Positions 10,042 to 20,135 are shown, counted from the first letter of the stretch. The stretch is 64,000 bases of DNA from Candidatus Thorarchaeota archaeon (GCA_038893995.1 JAWAQK010000001.1:1-64000), one strand, 5' to 3'. Numbers and translations: made by a program. The notes: generated from the letters alone by a model not told the origin.

Positions 10042-11112
10042 TCAGTCCTTGGGCAGCATACACGAGAAGTCTACCGCGTCCCCTATCAGACGCTGTGCTG
10101 CTGCAATTCTCTCCGTATCGCCAGGAGCTATTGTGCCGACCAGCTTGTCCACAATCTGACTGACGCTGTACGTGTCGAGCGAGGTCAGTAGAATGGGAAC
10201 ACCACGTGATTTTGCCTGAGACACTGTCCTTACGTCAGGCTCGAGACCACCTGTAAGGATCAGTAGCCTGGTGTCTGTCTCGAGGGCGGCGAGACATACG
10301 TCAGACCTGTCTCCGCTGGTGATCACAGCCTTGTCCGGAGTCCTTCGGAACCATTTCAAAGCGTTATCAGGTTCCATCGAGCCCACGACAAACTGACCAA
10401 TGGGTGTATCCATTCGCTCAGGAGTCACCAACAACTCACCCCTGAGAGCTGTCACGATGTCTCTTATGCTTGGGGCGAACAATTCTCTGTTCTGAAAGAC
10501 CACCCCACATACATTCACACCAAGTGACTTCAGTCGTGGTCCTATTTCGTCTGATACTAGGGCTCTGAGCATTGGGGGTACCATGAACAGGATCATTCCA
10601 ACTGAATCTACGCCGTGGTGCACAAAGAAGTCGCGGTGGAGCAGCACCTCGTCAATGGCCGAAGGTTCGGAGAGAGTCACCAGACATAGCACACTGGCGT
10701 CAAACATCTTGGCAAGCTGCGGAGACGAGAACCCCAGGTGGAGGAGGTCCCAAGGCCGAGGAGGACTCTCCAGAAGTACATAGTCGGCGTCCTGCGACAC
10801 CTTCTGGTAACACTCGCGTATCCTCTTGGCTAGTGCATCATGACCAGCCTTCAGCAACTCGCTGTGGGTCGACGGCGAGTAGATCAGCGGGGAGATGGTC
10901 TGCTCGTCAACGGTCATGCCTAGGAATTCCTTCATGAGCACAGCGTCCGGTTCCACATCATGTGCCATTCCAGGCGTCTCAAGACTGTGCTCACCGAAGG
11001 GCTTGAAGTAGGCGACCCGTGCACCACGTCCCTTCAGCTTGGATGCCAGTGCCACAACAGTCATCGTCTTTCCAGTGAGTGTGGCACCTGAGACCATGAT
11101 ATTGATGGGCAC
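10042..11112 (-). CDS. phosphotransacetylase N-terminal-like protein (BioD-like P-loop plus DRTGG domain)
   Basis: TGKT..., YFKPFG, ITSGDRSDV and LILTGG motifs. Directly downstream of the ACD gene, a common pairing. Confidence 0.85.
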   Translation of the reverse strand: MPINIMVSGATLTGKTMTVVALASKLKGRGARVAYFKPFGEHSLETPGMAHDVEPDAVLMKEFLGMTVDEQTISPLIYSPSTHSELLKAGHDALAKRIRECYQKVSQDADYVLLESPPRPWDLLHLGFSSPQLAKMFDASVLCLVTLSEPSAIDEVLLHRDFFVHHGVDSVGMILFMVPPMLRALVSDEIGPRLKSLGVNVCGVVFQNRELFAPSIRDIVTALRGELLVTPERMDTPIGQFVVGSMEPDNALKWFRRTPDKAVITSGDRSDVCLAALETDTRLLILTGGLEPDVRTVSQAKSRGVPILLTSLDTYSVSQIVDKLVGTIAPGDTERIAAAQRLIGDAVDFSCMLPKD

Positions 11113-11116
11113 TTTA

Positions 11117-13231
11117 TCACTCTCCTATTGTTATCTTGACATCGACCGCACACACACCATCGCCAGACCGATAGGCGAAGAGGGGATTGATGTCGAGTTC
11201 AAGTATCTCGGGAAAGTCGGTCACGAGCTGACTTATCTTCAAGATGGTGTCTTGGATTGCATTGAGGTCGCTGGGCGGCTCGCCACGGACTCCCTTCAAG
11301 AGGGTACCTATCTTGGTCTCGTCTATCATCTCGATTGCGTCAGTCCTGGTCATGGGGGCGAGCCTGAACGATACGTCCTTCAGGAAGTTCACGAAGATTC
11401 CTCCAGCACCAAACATCACGAGAGGACCAAACTGGACGTCACGAGAGCAGCCGACGATTAGTTCCTTGCCCTTCTCGGCCATCTCTTGGACATCAACGCC
11501 ATATATCATTGCCTTTGGAACATGTGTCCTGGCGGCCTCCAGGATCTGCTCGAAGGCCAGTTCGACCTCTTCGGGGGTCTTGAGCCCCACTCGAATGGCA
11601 CCTATATCGCTCTTGTGCACGATGTCGGGACTGGAGATCTTCATCACCACTGGGTAACCGAATGATGCTGCAATCTCCTTTGCCTCCTCAGTACTTGTAG
11701 CTAGTCTGATCCTCGCGACGGGTATTCCGTAGGCCTCGGCCACTGCATGAGCTTCACTGCCGAGCATCACTCGTCTCTTGTCCTTCCGCACCGAGTCGAT
11801 TATTTCACGGACTCTCTTCTCGTCAACCTTGAACTTCGGTGGGATCTCGTCCTTTAGTTTGGCTCGCTGGACCACATACTTGTACAGCTCAGCAATGGCC
11901 TTCACGGCCCTCTCCGGAAAATCAAAGACTGGAACTCCACCCTCGGTGAGCACTATCCTGGGATACACCATGGAGGTCCCGCCCATGAACACAGTGACCA
12001 TCGGTTTGTCGGGATACTTCCTGTGTGCCTCCACAAGTGCCTGTGCGGTCTCTACTACCTGTGTCATGGCCTGCGGAGTTAGGAGGACAACGACAGCGTC
12101 GACGTTCTCGTCACGAAGTACGGCCTCGGTACACAGCGCATAATCAGAGGCAAGTGCAGTACCGAGCGCGTCAACGGGATTGTAGACAGCTGCTGCAGGA
12201 GGAAGGTTCGCACGCAGATATTCTATTGTTGCAGGGGACAGCTGAGCAATCTTGAGACCGTTGGCCTCACATGCGTCGGTCGTCAAGATACCTGGGCCTC
12301 CTGCGTTCGTCACTATGGCAATCCTGTTTCCAGCAGGGAGATGCATGTCATCGTACACGTTCGCAATGTCGAATAGCCCTGCCATGTTCTGAGCGCGTAT
12401 TACGCCGCACTGTTTGAATGCCACATCATAGGCGATGTCGCTCCCAGCAAGCGAACCAGTATGTGAAGACGCAGCCCGGGCGCCTGCAGCACTGACACCG
12501 GCCTTGATCACGAATATGGGCTTCTTGGGGGACACCTTTCTGCAGGCGTTCATGAACTTCCTACCATCGACCACAGACTCGATGTAGAGCAGTATGAATG
12601 TCGAATCGGGGTCGTTTCCGAAGGCCTCTACAAAGTCGGCCTCATCAAGGTGGGCCTTGTTGCCGAGGCTGACAAACTTCGAGAATCCAATCTTCTCCAT
12701 GAGACTCCAGTCAAGGATACCGGTCATGAGGGCACCTGACTGAGATGCGAATGCTATTGTGCCCTTCTGCGGAGTCCCAGCTGCGAATGTGGCATTGTAC
12801 GGCCTCGAGGTGTTGATTATGCCCAGGCAATTGGGTCCCTGAACCACCATTCCATACTTCTCTGCGAGCTCAGCGATCTTCTTCTCAGCCTCTGCACCTT
12901 CGTGGCCGGTCTCCTTGAAACCAGCAGTAATTATCACCAGTGCCTTGATGCCCTTCTCGCCGCACTGTTCAACGGTCGACATGACAGCGTTGGGAGGTAC
13001 CACGATCACTGCAACGTCAACATCGCCAGCTATGTCGGTGACTCGTCTGTAGACCTTGTGGCCGAGAATCTCCCCGCCACTTGGATTGACGGGGTATATG
13101 CGACCATCAAAGCCGCTGTCAACAAGATTTCGCATGACGTCATTTCCGAGCTTTCCCTTCGTGGCTGAGGCGCCGATGACGGCAATCGACCTGGGATTGA
13201 ACAGTATTTCAATTCCCTTCTGCCTGTCCAA
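11117..13231 (-). CDS. acdAB: acetate--CoA ligase (ADP-forming), fused alpha/beta subunits
   Basis: PRSIAVIGAS, GPNCLG, SQSGAL, SHTGSLAG (phospho-His), NPVD, HKSDIG and ELDINPL motifs. Confidence 0.92.
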   Translation of the reverse strand: MDRQKGIEILFNPRSIAVIGASATKGKLGNDVMRNLVDSGFDGRIYPVNPSGGEILGHKVYRRVTDIAGDVDVAVIVVPPNAVMSTVEQCGEKGIKALVIITAGFKETGHEGAEAEKKIAELAEKYGMVVQGPNCLGIINTSRPYNATFAAGTPQKGTIAFASQSGALMTGILDWSLMEKIGFSKFVSLGNKAHLDEADFVEAFGNDPDSTFILLYIESVVDGRKFMNACRKVSPKKPIFVIKAGVSAAGARAASSHTGSLAGSDIAYDVAFKQCGVIRAQNMAGLFDIANVYDDMHLPAGNRIAIVTNAGGPGILTTDACEANGLKIAQLSPATIEYLRANLPPAAAVYNPVDALGTALASDYALCTEAVLRDENVDAVVVLLTPQAMTQVVETAQALVEAHRKYPDKPMVTVFMGGTSMVYPRIVLTEGGVPVFDFPERAVKAIAELYKYVVQRAKLKDEIPPKFKVDEKRVREIIDSVRKDKRRVMLGSEAHAVAEAYGIPVARIRLATSTEEAKEIAASFGYPVVMKISSPDIVHKSDIGAIRVGLKTPEEVELAFEQILEAARTHVPKAMIYGVDVQEMAEKGKELIVGCSRDVQFGPLVMFGAGGIFVNFLKDVSFRLAPMTRTDAIEMIDETKIGTLLKGVRGEPPSDLNAIQDTILKISQLVTDFPEILELDINPLFAYRSGDGVCAVDVKITIGE

Positions 13232-13327
13232 GCTAACACCACCGACAATTGACGATTCTGGGGGGACAGTTTCTGGTTATAACCTAATTCGTGATGACAT
13301 GACTACACTGGGACAAAGACTAAAGAC

Positions 13328-13867
13328 ATGAGAGTCATCGGCTCTCAGTCGACTGAGATGCACGAAAGAGGTACCTCCGAGGATAGCAGGATCGCGGTCC
13401 ATCGACGCGTCAGAGAGACTCATACGAAGCTCGTGTCTCTGATCCGTGAACTTGAGAGGACTCTCGGAGTCGCACAGACACACGAGATAGTTTCCATGTG
13501 GGCCAAGAGAGAGGCAATCAGAGACGTGAGGAGCAGGGTATCACGCGTTCCTGGAGGAGTCAGGGAATTCGCGGATGTGAAGCGCCTGATCAGAGAGTGG
13601 GTAAAGGAACTCGAAGAGACAGGAATGGAGATGCTACGGATCGTTGGCGAGACAGAAACGGAGATGACGATCAGTGTGACCTCATGCGTGATGGCGGACG
13701 TCTTCGGTGCACTAGATGCACGTGACGTCGGCTATGTCCTCTACTGCAAACAGGACTTCGATGCAGCCCGCGCAATAGACCCACGAGTAGGCCTCAGGAG
13801 GGCTCACACCCTGATGCAGGGGCATGAGTGCTGTGACTTCACATACTTCTGGGAGGAACAACACTGA
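13328..13867 (+). CDS. ATC-hydrolase/V4R-like small-molecule-binding protein
   Basis: VTSC...YC..D...RAHTLMQGHECCDF is the pattern of the L-2-amino-thiazoline-4-carboxylate hydrolase-like family. Confidence 0.75.
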   Translation: MRVIGSQSTEMHERGTSEDSRIAVHRRVRETHTKLVSLIRELERTLGVAQTHEIVSMWAKREAIRDVRSRVSRVPGGVREFADVKRLIREWVKELEETGMEMLRIVGETETEMTISVTSCVMADVFGALDARDVGYVLYCKQDFDAARAIDPRVGLRRAHTLMQGHECCDFTYFWEEQH

Positions 13868-14108
13868 CCAGTCTGGGTAGGCCCTCTATTCGTGTGGAAG
13901 TCCGGCCACGCCAGCCAGTATGACTGAAGGGCTGGCTCATGACGGACGCTGAAGTGGACTGCAGATCAACCCGCGCCCCTCTCAACTCAAGCACCAGCAG
14001 CGAGGAATGGTATGCCGTCCTGCTCGGTCCGCAGTCCAACACAGTTCAGACGTATTACACATGTCCATATTGCAGTATGACTGGAGTATGTGCCGGGTGA
14101 CTATCTGG

Positions 14109-14249
14109 ATGAAGCTCGTCACATTGCATGTTCCTGAGACCTATCTCGATGGACTCGAGAAGCTAGTGGACAACAAGCTGTATCCGAACCGTTCGGAGGC
14201 AATCAGAATAGCCATAAGAGACCTGCTCAAGCGCGAGCTCTGGGCGTGA
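14109..14249 (+). CDS. small ribbon-helix-helix regulator, CdrS-like
   Basis: MKLVTLHVPETYLDGLEKLVDNKLYPNRSEAIRIAIRDLL. The (Y/F)PNRSEAIR motif is typical of archaeal CdrS/CopG proteins. Confidence 0.85.
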   Translation: MKLVTLHVPETYLDGLEKLVDNKLYPNRSEAIRIAIRDLLKRELWA

Positions 14250-14256
14250 GATCTCT

Positions 14257-14457
14257 CTGTCCGCCTCCACCGAATACTGCGCAGGCTGAGTCGTCTGGGT
14301 GCATCCGCCGTCAGGAATCACCCACGACCCTACCTGCATTGAGCTCGGTCATGATGCCCTGTGGAGCACTACTATGCCTGTCTACAGATACGGTGCCTTC
14401 AAGATGGCCAGACCGAGTATGCCCATCGACGGCGGATGCAGGGAAGACAGCGGACAG
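14257..14457 (-). ncRNA. candidate structured non-coding RNA with pseudoknot (no family recognised)
   Basis: Complementary pairs at 14257-64/14450-57 (8 bp), 14300-12/14428-40 (13 bp), 14344-50/14411-17 (7 bp), plus a nested hairpin at 14281-14337. The mismatches become G-U pairs on the minus strand. Confidence 0.45.
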
Positions 14458-14682
14458 GACGAGTTCGTGCCAGTCACTGCATCGTCCCGAGATACGACGC
14501 TGATGACAAGCTCTGCAGTTGACTGCGCTGATACAGCTGGATACTGAGAGAGCATGAGATCCAGCATTTCGTGCGCCATGTATCTTACCGAAGATTGAAG
14601 TACGCAATAGCAGTAATATCTATAACCGCGTAATAGTAGAGTGGACTGTTATTCGCGATGTGTGCCATGAGGTCAAGTAACG

Positions 14683-15654
14683 TTGGTACTCGCAAGACAG
14701 CTGTCGGGTGATAGAGGCTCAGTTCGTCTAGTAAGGGGATGTCCCTGTTACAAGGTGTTCGGAGACGAGAAGCTCTGCGTCAATGATGACAACATCTTGG
14801 AGATGAACGTGATTGAGATAGACCCAACGCTGTTTGCTTTCCACCAGGACAAGGAGTCACTGGAGCTTGAGAGGGCTGACAGCGACGACATCTGTTACTG
14901 CGCCATATACATCAATTACCCGGACAACAGAGTGTACTGTGTATCTCAGGGATGGCCAATCAGGATTCACGGAAAGGATGTTCTTGCTACCGATCTTGAG
15001 AGCGCCATGCAGTTTCTGACGACAAAGGATGTGGCTCAGAATGCCGAGGTCTGCAGCGAGTGCCTGTACAAGTTCCTGCTCACTCTGTCTGACCAGTTTG
15101 CAGACAGCATGTCGAAGAAAGAGAGGACTGACGAGGTAAAGCGGTATGTCAACCGGTTCTCTCTCATGATGGCAGTCAAGCTCAGTCAGATGGACTCGAC
15201 CATGAAACCGATCGGTACCGACTCCGACGTGAGAGAGGACATCGATCACTTTGAGTTTCTCCGGGGCTACCTTGTGCAATTGCTGGAGCGGCAGTCGTAT
15301 TGGGCCGAGGTAGCTGAGAGAATGAACCTTCAGGGTTTTCCGCAGTGGACAATTGAACTCGTCAGAAAGAGGGAGATGCTGGCTCGGGCCGAGTTCCAGT
15401 TCTACAGTCAGACCCTACAACTCAGAGACATTGAGGACTTCAATCTGATAATCAAGATGCTATCATTCATACTCCGTACGGCAGACGAGATACTCAAGTT
15501 GAACTCACAGATACACAGCGAGATCAGGAGTGAGCGGTTCATGAAGATGGTCGAGCACGCCCCGGCGCTGAAACCACTCCTCTCATATGCTGACAAGAGT
15601 AGGGCTATAGAACATAATTTTGGTAACATTCTGCAGATACTCAGCAAGCTGTAG
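14683..15654 (+). CDS. hypothetical protein (Cys-containing N-terminal domain, helical C-terminus)
   Basis: 323-aa ORF with protein-like composition and CPC, CYC and CSEC motifs. Family not recognised. Confidence 0.75.
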   Translation: MVLARQLSGDRGSVRLVRGCPCYKVFGDEKLCVNDDNILEMNVIEIDPTLFAFHQDKESLELERADSDDICYCAIYINYPDNRVYCVSQGWPIRIHGKDVLATDLESAMQFLTTKDVAQNAEVCSECLYKFLLTLSDQFADSMSKKERTDEVKRYVNRFSLMMAVKLSQMDSTMKPIGTDSDVREDIDHFEFLRGYLVQLLERQSYWAEVAERMNLQGFPQWTIELVRKREMLARAEFQFYSQTLQLRDIEDFNLIIKMLSFILRTADEILKLNSQIHSEIRSERFMKMVEHAPALKPLLSYADKSRAIEHNFGNILQILSKL

Positions 15655-15664
15655 AGGGACAGCG

Positions 15665-16636
15665 TCAGCTGGACGTGTGTATCGGTCCATACCGCTCCTT
15701 CAGCCATTGGAGGTACCTGTAGATGCCTTCACGGATACTGACCTCTGGGTGCCAGCCAAGTGACTTCAGTAGACTCACATCGATGTCGGTCGTCACGACA
15801 TCGCCAGGCCATCCTCTCTCGGAGCCCGTGTACTCGATCTTTGCACCCGGAGCAAGTTCCCGTACGACCATGTCGGCTATCTCAGACACCCTCAGGCGCT
15901 CGCCCGAACTCACATTTATTGGCGTGAAGCCCTTCGGCATCTTGTTCGCAAGTATCAGTGTTGCATTGACCGCATCAGACACATACAGGTACGACTTCTC
16001 CTGGGTCCCAGTACCGAGAACGAGGAGTCTGCTGGCGTCCTCTCTGAGCCGCATGTAAAAATCATGTATGACACCATGAGTGGACCGGGGTCCCACCACG
16101 TTTGCCAGACGCAGTGAGACAGCATGCATACCGTATAGCTCCGAGTACGATGATAGATACATCTCGACCGCGGCCTTCGATGCGCCATAGTTGCTGACTG
16201 GTCTCAGTACACAGTTCTCACGAGTGGGAGTCTCAGGACGGTCACCGTAGACGGTCCCGCCCGACGACGCGAAGATGAACCGCTTGATCCCGGCCTCTCT
16301 GGCGCGGTCAAGCACCATGATGCTACCATGGACATTGACCTTGAAGTCCCATAGGGGACGTTCTACGCTCAGGCGAACATCGGGTTGTGCTGCAAAGTGG
16401 AACACGGTGTCGACGCCATCAAGAGCGCGCTTCACATCTTCCTCCGAAACGACAGTGCCACGGATGAACCTGAAGCCGTCTGTAGACATATGAGGCCTGA
16501 TGTATTCCTCTGATCCAGTGGACAGGTCGTCCAAGACTGTGACTTCGAAGTCGCCGACGAGCGCGTCCACAAGATGACTGCCGATGAAACCAGCTCCACC
16601 GGTCACAAGTACTCTATTCATCGCGATGTCACGCAA
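15665..16636 (-). CDS. NAD-dependent epimerase/dehydratase (UDP-glucose 4-epimerase-like)
   Basis: VTGGAGFIGSH and YGASK (YxxxK) motifs. Confidence 0.93.
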   Translation of the reverse strand: MRDIAMNRVLVTGGAGFIGSHLVDALVGDFEVTVLDDLSTGSEEYIRPHMSTDGFRFIRGTVVSEEDVKRALDGVDTVFHFAAQPDVRLSVERPLWDFKVNVHGSIMVLDRAREAGIKRFIFASSGGTVYGDRPETPTRENCVLRPVSNYGASKAAVEMYLSSYSELYGMHAVSLRLANVVGPRSTHGVIHDFYMRLREDASRLLVLGTGTQEKSYLYVSDAVNATLILANKMPKGFTPINVSSGERLRVSEIADMVVRELAPGAKIEYTGSERGWPGDVVTTDIDVSLLKSLGWHPEVSIREGIYRYLQWLKERYGPIHTSS

Positions 16637-16656
16637 ACTGCGTCAATTACCACAAG

Positions 16657-17247
16657 TTAAGGCTGTTGCTCGGGGAAGACTCTGGCTGACAGGACGAACT
16701 TGATGAAGCCGGACGCGGTATGGCTGATCTCAGCCTCGTTCCATTGTCTGACCAGAGCACAGTATTCTCGGAAGTTGACTAGTGATTCCGTGACAATCGG
16801 CACGACGTCACTCAAGTCCATGGCGGGACCCCTCCCTAAGCCAGGACAGAGTGCGTACAGTGGGTTGAGCCCATCCTCCTGATACCGGTCGGTGTCAAAG
16901 ACGAACGGGAAGATTCTGCATGCGTCAGGTCTCAGATCGTATATCATGCAGAGATCACCCTGCAAGAACACGCACTCGCCGGATGGAAGCTTCCTGAGAG
17001 CGACATAGGCGGGTCCACTCTCAGTCAGGACTTGCGGAATGTGTCTCAGGCCAATGGGTGGACTCATACCCTCGGATAGAACGTAGAAGTCGAGCGCACG
17101 CAGAAGCATCGATGAATCAAGACCCAGACCAGTAGACAGACGGTCAATGTCCGTCGCAGTAACCGTGACTATCAAGTCGCGGTGCCTGCAGCATGTGCCG
17201 CACCTGGTACATTCGAAACTAATCTGACGCTGCTCTGGCCGATACAA
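16657..17247 (-). CDS. YkgJ/CxxCxxCC-family Fe-S/Zn cluster protein
   Basis: CTRCGTCC, CVFL...CMIYDLRPDACRIFPF and CPG motifs. Confidence 0.88.
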   Translation of the reverse strand: MYRPEQRQISFECTRCGTCCRHRDLIVTVTATDIDRLSTGLGLDSSMLLRALDFYVLSEGMSPPIGLRHIPQVLTESGPAYVALRKLPSGECVFLQGDLCMIYDLRPDACRIFPFVFDTDRYQEDGLNPLYALCPGLGRGPAMDLSDVVPIVTESLVNFREYCALVRQWNEAEISHTASGFIKFVLSARVFPEQQP

Positions 17248-18424
17248 CTACGCTTTCTCTCCTCAGCCGGTTCATGAAAGAAACAAGTGCAGACATGCCG
17301 TCCTCGATCTCCTTCATAGAGGTCGCATAACTGAACCGGAGGTGGTAGTCATAGTCACTACCAAACGCGGAACCAGCAGTGGTCACGACCCCCGTCTCTG
17401 TCAACAGTAGCTCTGACAACTCATTGCTCCGGATTCCAAACTCTGAGAAGTCCGGGAATAGGTAGAAGGCCCCTTTGGGCCTGGCACAGGACACGCCCTC
17501 AATCGAGAGCAGCAGTTCAAGCATTCGGTCTCTCCGTCTCTGGTATTCTGCTCGGACACTGTTGATGAAGGAGTTGTCACCTCGAATTGCGGCAATTCCC
17601 GCCTTCTGGACAAAGGATGTGGCACAGGACGTGGTATTCTGCTGCACTCGGACCATATTATCTATCGTTGTCTTGTTCCCAACTGCAAAGCCGAGTCTCC
17701 ATCCGGTCATGGAGTAGGTCTTCGAGAAACCATTGATGACGAGGGTCCTCTCGAGCGAAGGGTCTATCTCAAGCATGGAGACTGGTTCGACGCCGTCGTA
17801 GGTCAGAGCCTCGTAGATCTCGTCACTGAATATGACAAAGTCATGATCACAGGCAAGATCGTACACGGCCCTCAGCTCGTCACGAGACATGACGCCTCCA
17901 GTCGGGTTATTGGGGCTGTTGATGACGACGCAGGTGGTCCTCTTCGTGATCTTCTCCTTTAACCGCTCAGTGTCAAGCTGATACAGAGCACTCGTGTTCA
18001 CATCTACCACCCGGCCCCCTGCGTTCTGGATCATCACCCTGTAGCTAGGCCATGCAGGATTCAGGAGAATAACATCGTCCCCGGGATCAATTGTCGATAG
18101 GAACCCCATGAAGAGCGCCATCTTTGCACCTGGGGTCACCACCACGTTACTCCGCCCGTCTATTGATATGCCCCGTTTCTGATAGTACTCGGCAATTGCA
18201 TCGAGGATACCCGGAATACCACGGGATGAGACGTAACGCGTAAACCCATTCCTCATGGCCTCAATACCCGCCTCAATGATATGAGATGGAGTAGGAAAGT
18301 CGGGCTGCCCAACCTCAAAGTGGTATACTCGTCGTCCTTCGGACTCCAGCAGTGTTGCAATCTCAAGCATCTTCAGAGTCTCTGAGGCTGTTATCTGCTG
18401 CATTCGGAGTGATGTCCAGTCCAT
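17219..18424 (-). CDS. PLP-dependent aminotransferase class I/II (aspartate aminotransferase-like)
   Basis: GQPDFPTP, NSPNNPTG, SDEIY and FSKTYSMTGWRLG motifs. Confidence 0.95.
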   Translation of the reverse strand: MDWTSLRMQQITASETLKMLEIATLLESEGRRVYHFEVGQPDFPTPSHIIEAGIEAMRNGFTRYVSSRGIPGILDAIAEYYQKRGISIDGRSNVVVTPGAKMALFMGFLSTIDPGDDVILLNPAWPSYRVMIQNAGGRVVDVNTSALYQLDTERLKEKITKRTTCVVINSPNNPTGGVMSRDELRAVYDLACDHDFVIFSDEIYEALTYDGVEPVSMLEIDPSLERTLVINGFSKTYSMTGWRLGFAVGNKTTIDNMVRVQQNTTSCATSFVQKAGIAAIRGDNSFINSVRAEYQRRRDRMLELLLSIEGVSCARPKGAFYLFPDFSEFGIRSNELSELLLTETGVVTTAGSAFGSDYDYHLRFSYATSMKEIEDGMSALVSFMNRLRRESVVVSARAASD

Positions 18425-18448
18425 CGACTACCACCAGCGGCTCGAGAG

Positions 18449-19309
18449 CTAGGATGACCGAATATATCGATTGTGATTGCGCTGTGCACCTTCGAACACA
18501 CTCGCAAGTACATCCTTCTGGTGGTCCGTTCCGACAATGCGAATGCGATCAGGGTCTGCTTCACCAAGTCCGATCTCGCTGGCACGACGGAGATAGGGTA
18601 TTGCCAGTGGGTCAAGACCACATAGAGATGCACATACGGAGTCGACAGCAACCGGGTCATATCCCACCACGACGCCTCCCACGGGGAGGATCCGCCCCAA
18701 GTTACGTGGCTCCAGCGTCAGTACGGTGAGGTCTATCACGGTCAGGTTGGGTCTGAACCTCGTGAGTAGCGCTACTAGCAGCTCGTTGAGTATCGGATGA
18801 TATTTCTTCTTGGATGAGTCCGGAATGAGACCGAAGAGATTCTTGACTCCTGCACTCATCGAGTCGAGTTCCGGGTCAAACTTCAGCGTGCCGACGTTCA
18901 CAAGAAAAAGGCCAGGCCTAGTCAGCAAAGATGGCATCTCTAGCTCTGTAGGCGGGTCTGGCAATAGACGCACCAATTCCATAGGGCCATGGGACAGGCT
19001 CTGAAGAGATACAGTCGTCGACTCCAGATCCCGATAACCTGAACTACTCAAAGCATCATCAGCACTCCTGAAGGGATTGTCGCTCTCAACAATATGGATC
19101 GGGAATACACCATCGAACATCTTGACAACTGCTGAAAGCATCTCCTTGGTGGTGTTCCCCGGCAACGAGGGGTCAAGGACTGATGGCTTTATCACGACTC
19201 TGTCGGTTTCCGGTGGCAGGGAGAGGACTGTGGAGAGCTTGGACAGCGCGGTCAATAGGGCACGACGAGGCCTGCGACCAACCGCAATGGCGACCTCTAC
19301 TGCAACCAT
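18449..19309 (-). CDS. DUF362 domain protein
   Basis: VVIKP, GVKNLFG, DPVAVD and IPYLRRA..GLG motifs. Confidence 0.75.
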   Translation of the reverse strand: MVAVEVAIAVGRRPRRALLTALSKLSTVLSLPPETDRVVIKPSVLDPSLPGNTTKEMLSAVVKMFDGVFPIHIVESDNPFRSADDALSSSGYRDLESTTVSLQSLSHGPMELVRLLPDPPTELEMPSLLTRPGLFLVNVGTLKFDPELDSMSAGVKNLFGLIPDSSKKKYHPILNELLVALLTRFRPNLTVIDLTVLTLEPRNLGRILPVGGVVVGYDPVAVDSVCASLCGLDPLAIPYLRRASEIGLGEADPDRIRIVGTDHQKDVLASVFEGAQRNHNRYIRSS

Positions 19310-19373
19310 ACGTCAGCAGGCACCTTCATGCCTATAAGCCGATTTGTTTGGAGGGTGAGATGAGGAAAAACGC

Positions 19374-20135
19374 ATGACTCTGACAGAGACCGCCCGACAA
19401 AGGTACTCCAGATTCATCAATCTATATGACATGGGGGAGTCTGCAATGGAGTCAATCATTGGAACAAGCGTGGTAGTGGTAGGAGCAGGGGGTCTCGGGA
19501 GTCCAGCGCTCAGACTCCTTGCAAGCCTAGGATTCGGAAAGATCAGGATAATTGATGGAGACAGGGTGGAGCTGACAAACCTGCCCAGACAACACCTATA
19601 CAATGCAGAAGATGTCGGAAAGCCGAAGGCACAATGCGCAGCGAAGAACCTTCGACGACTGAATCCTGAGGTTGAGGTGGAAACCATTGAGGAGAGACTG
19701 ACTGATGACAACGCCACAGACTTGATACGTGGATGCAACATCATCGTCGATGGTCTCGACTCATTCCAGGCCAGAAGGGCGGTCAACAGGGCCAGTCTGA
19801 AACTCCGGGTGCCCTATGTCTTTGCCGGAGCGGTCGAGTACTTCGCGAACCTGAGTACCTTTGTCCCAGGGAAGACTGCATGCTTCTCGTGTATAATGGG
19901 CGGCGCCCAAGATCGACCTGAGTACACCGCGGCGGTGAGAGGTGTAGATCCTTGCCTGCTCTCCATGGCGGCCGGAATTGAAGTGAGAGAGGCAGTCCTG
20001 CTAGCTACGAAGGGGAAATCGCTGCTCCAGGGAAAGCTCCTTACACTGGATACCAGTACCATGTCACTTGAAACGTTCACGATACGGCCCAACGAGCACT
20101 GTCCATCGTGCGGGAGCTCAGACACCGAAGAATAG
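19374..20135 (+). CDS. ThiF/MoeB/E1-like adenylyltransferase
   Basis: RYSR, VVGAGGLGS, DGDRVELTNLPRQ, and two CxxC Zn motifs (CFSC, CPSC). Confidence 0.92.
   Translation: MTLTETARQRYSRFINLYDMGESAMESIIGTSVVVVGAGGLGSPALRLLASLGFGKIRIIDGDRVELTNLPRQHLYNAEDVGKPKAQCAAKNLRRLNPEVEVETIEERLTDDNATDLIRGCNIIVDGLDSFQARRAVNRASLKLRVPYVFAGAVEYFANLSTFVPGKTACFSCIMGGAQDRPEYTAAVRGVDPCLLSMAAGIEVREAVLLATKGKSLLQGKLLTLDTSTMSLETFTIRPNEHCPSCGSSDTEE

Noticed and set aside
14500-14530. CTGATGA resembling a hammerhead ribozyme core
   Set aside because: There is no GAAA after the following stem and no matching stems I and III.
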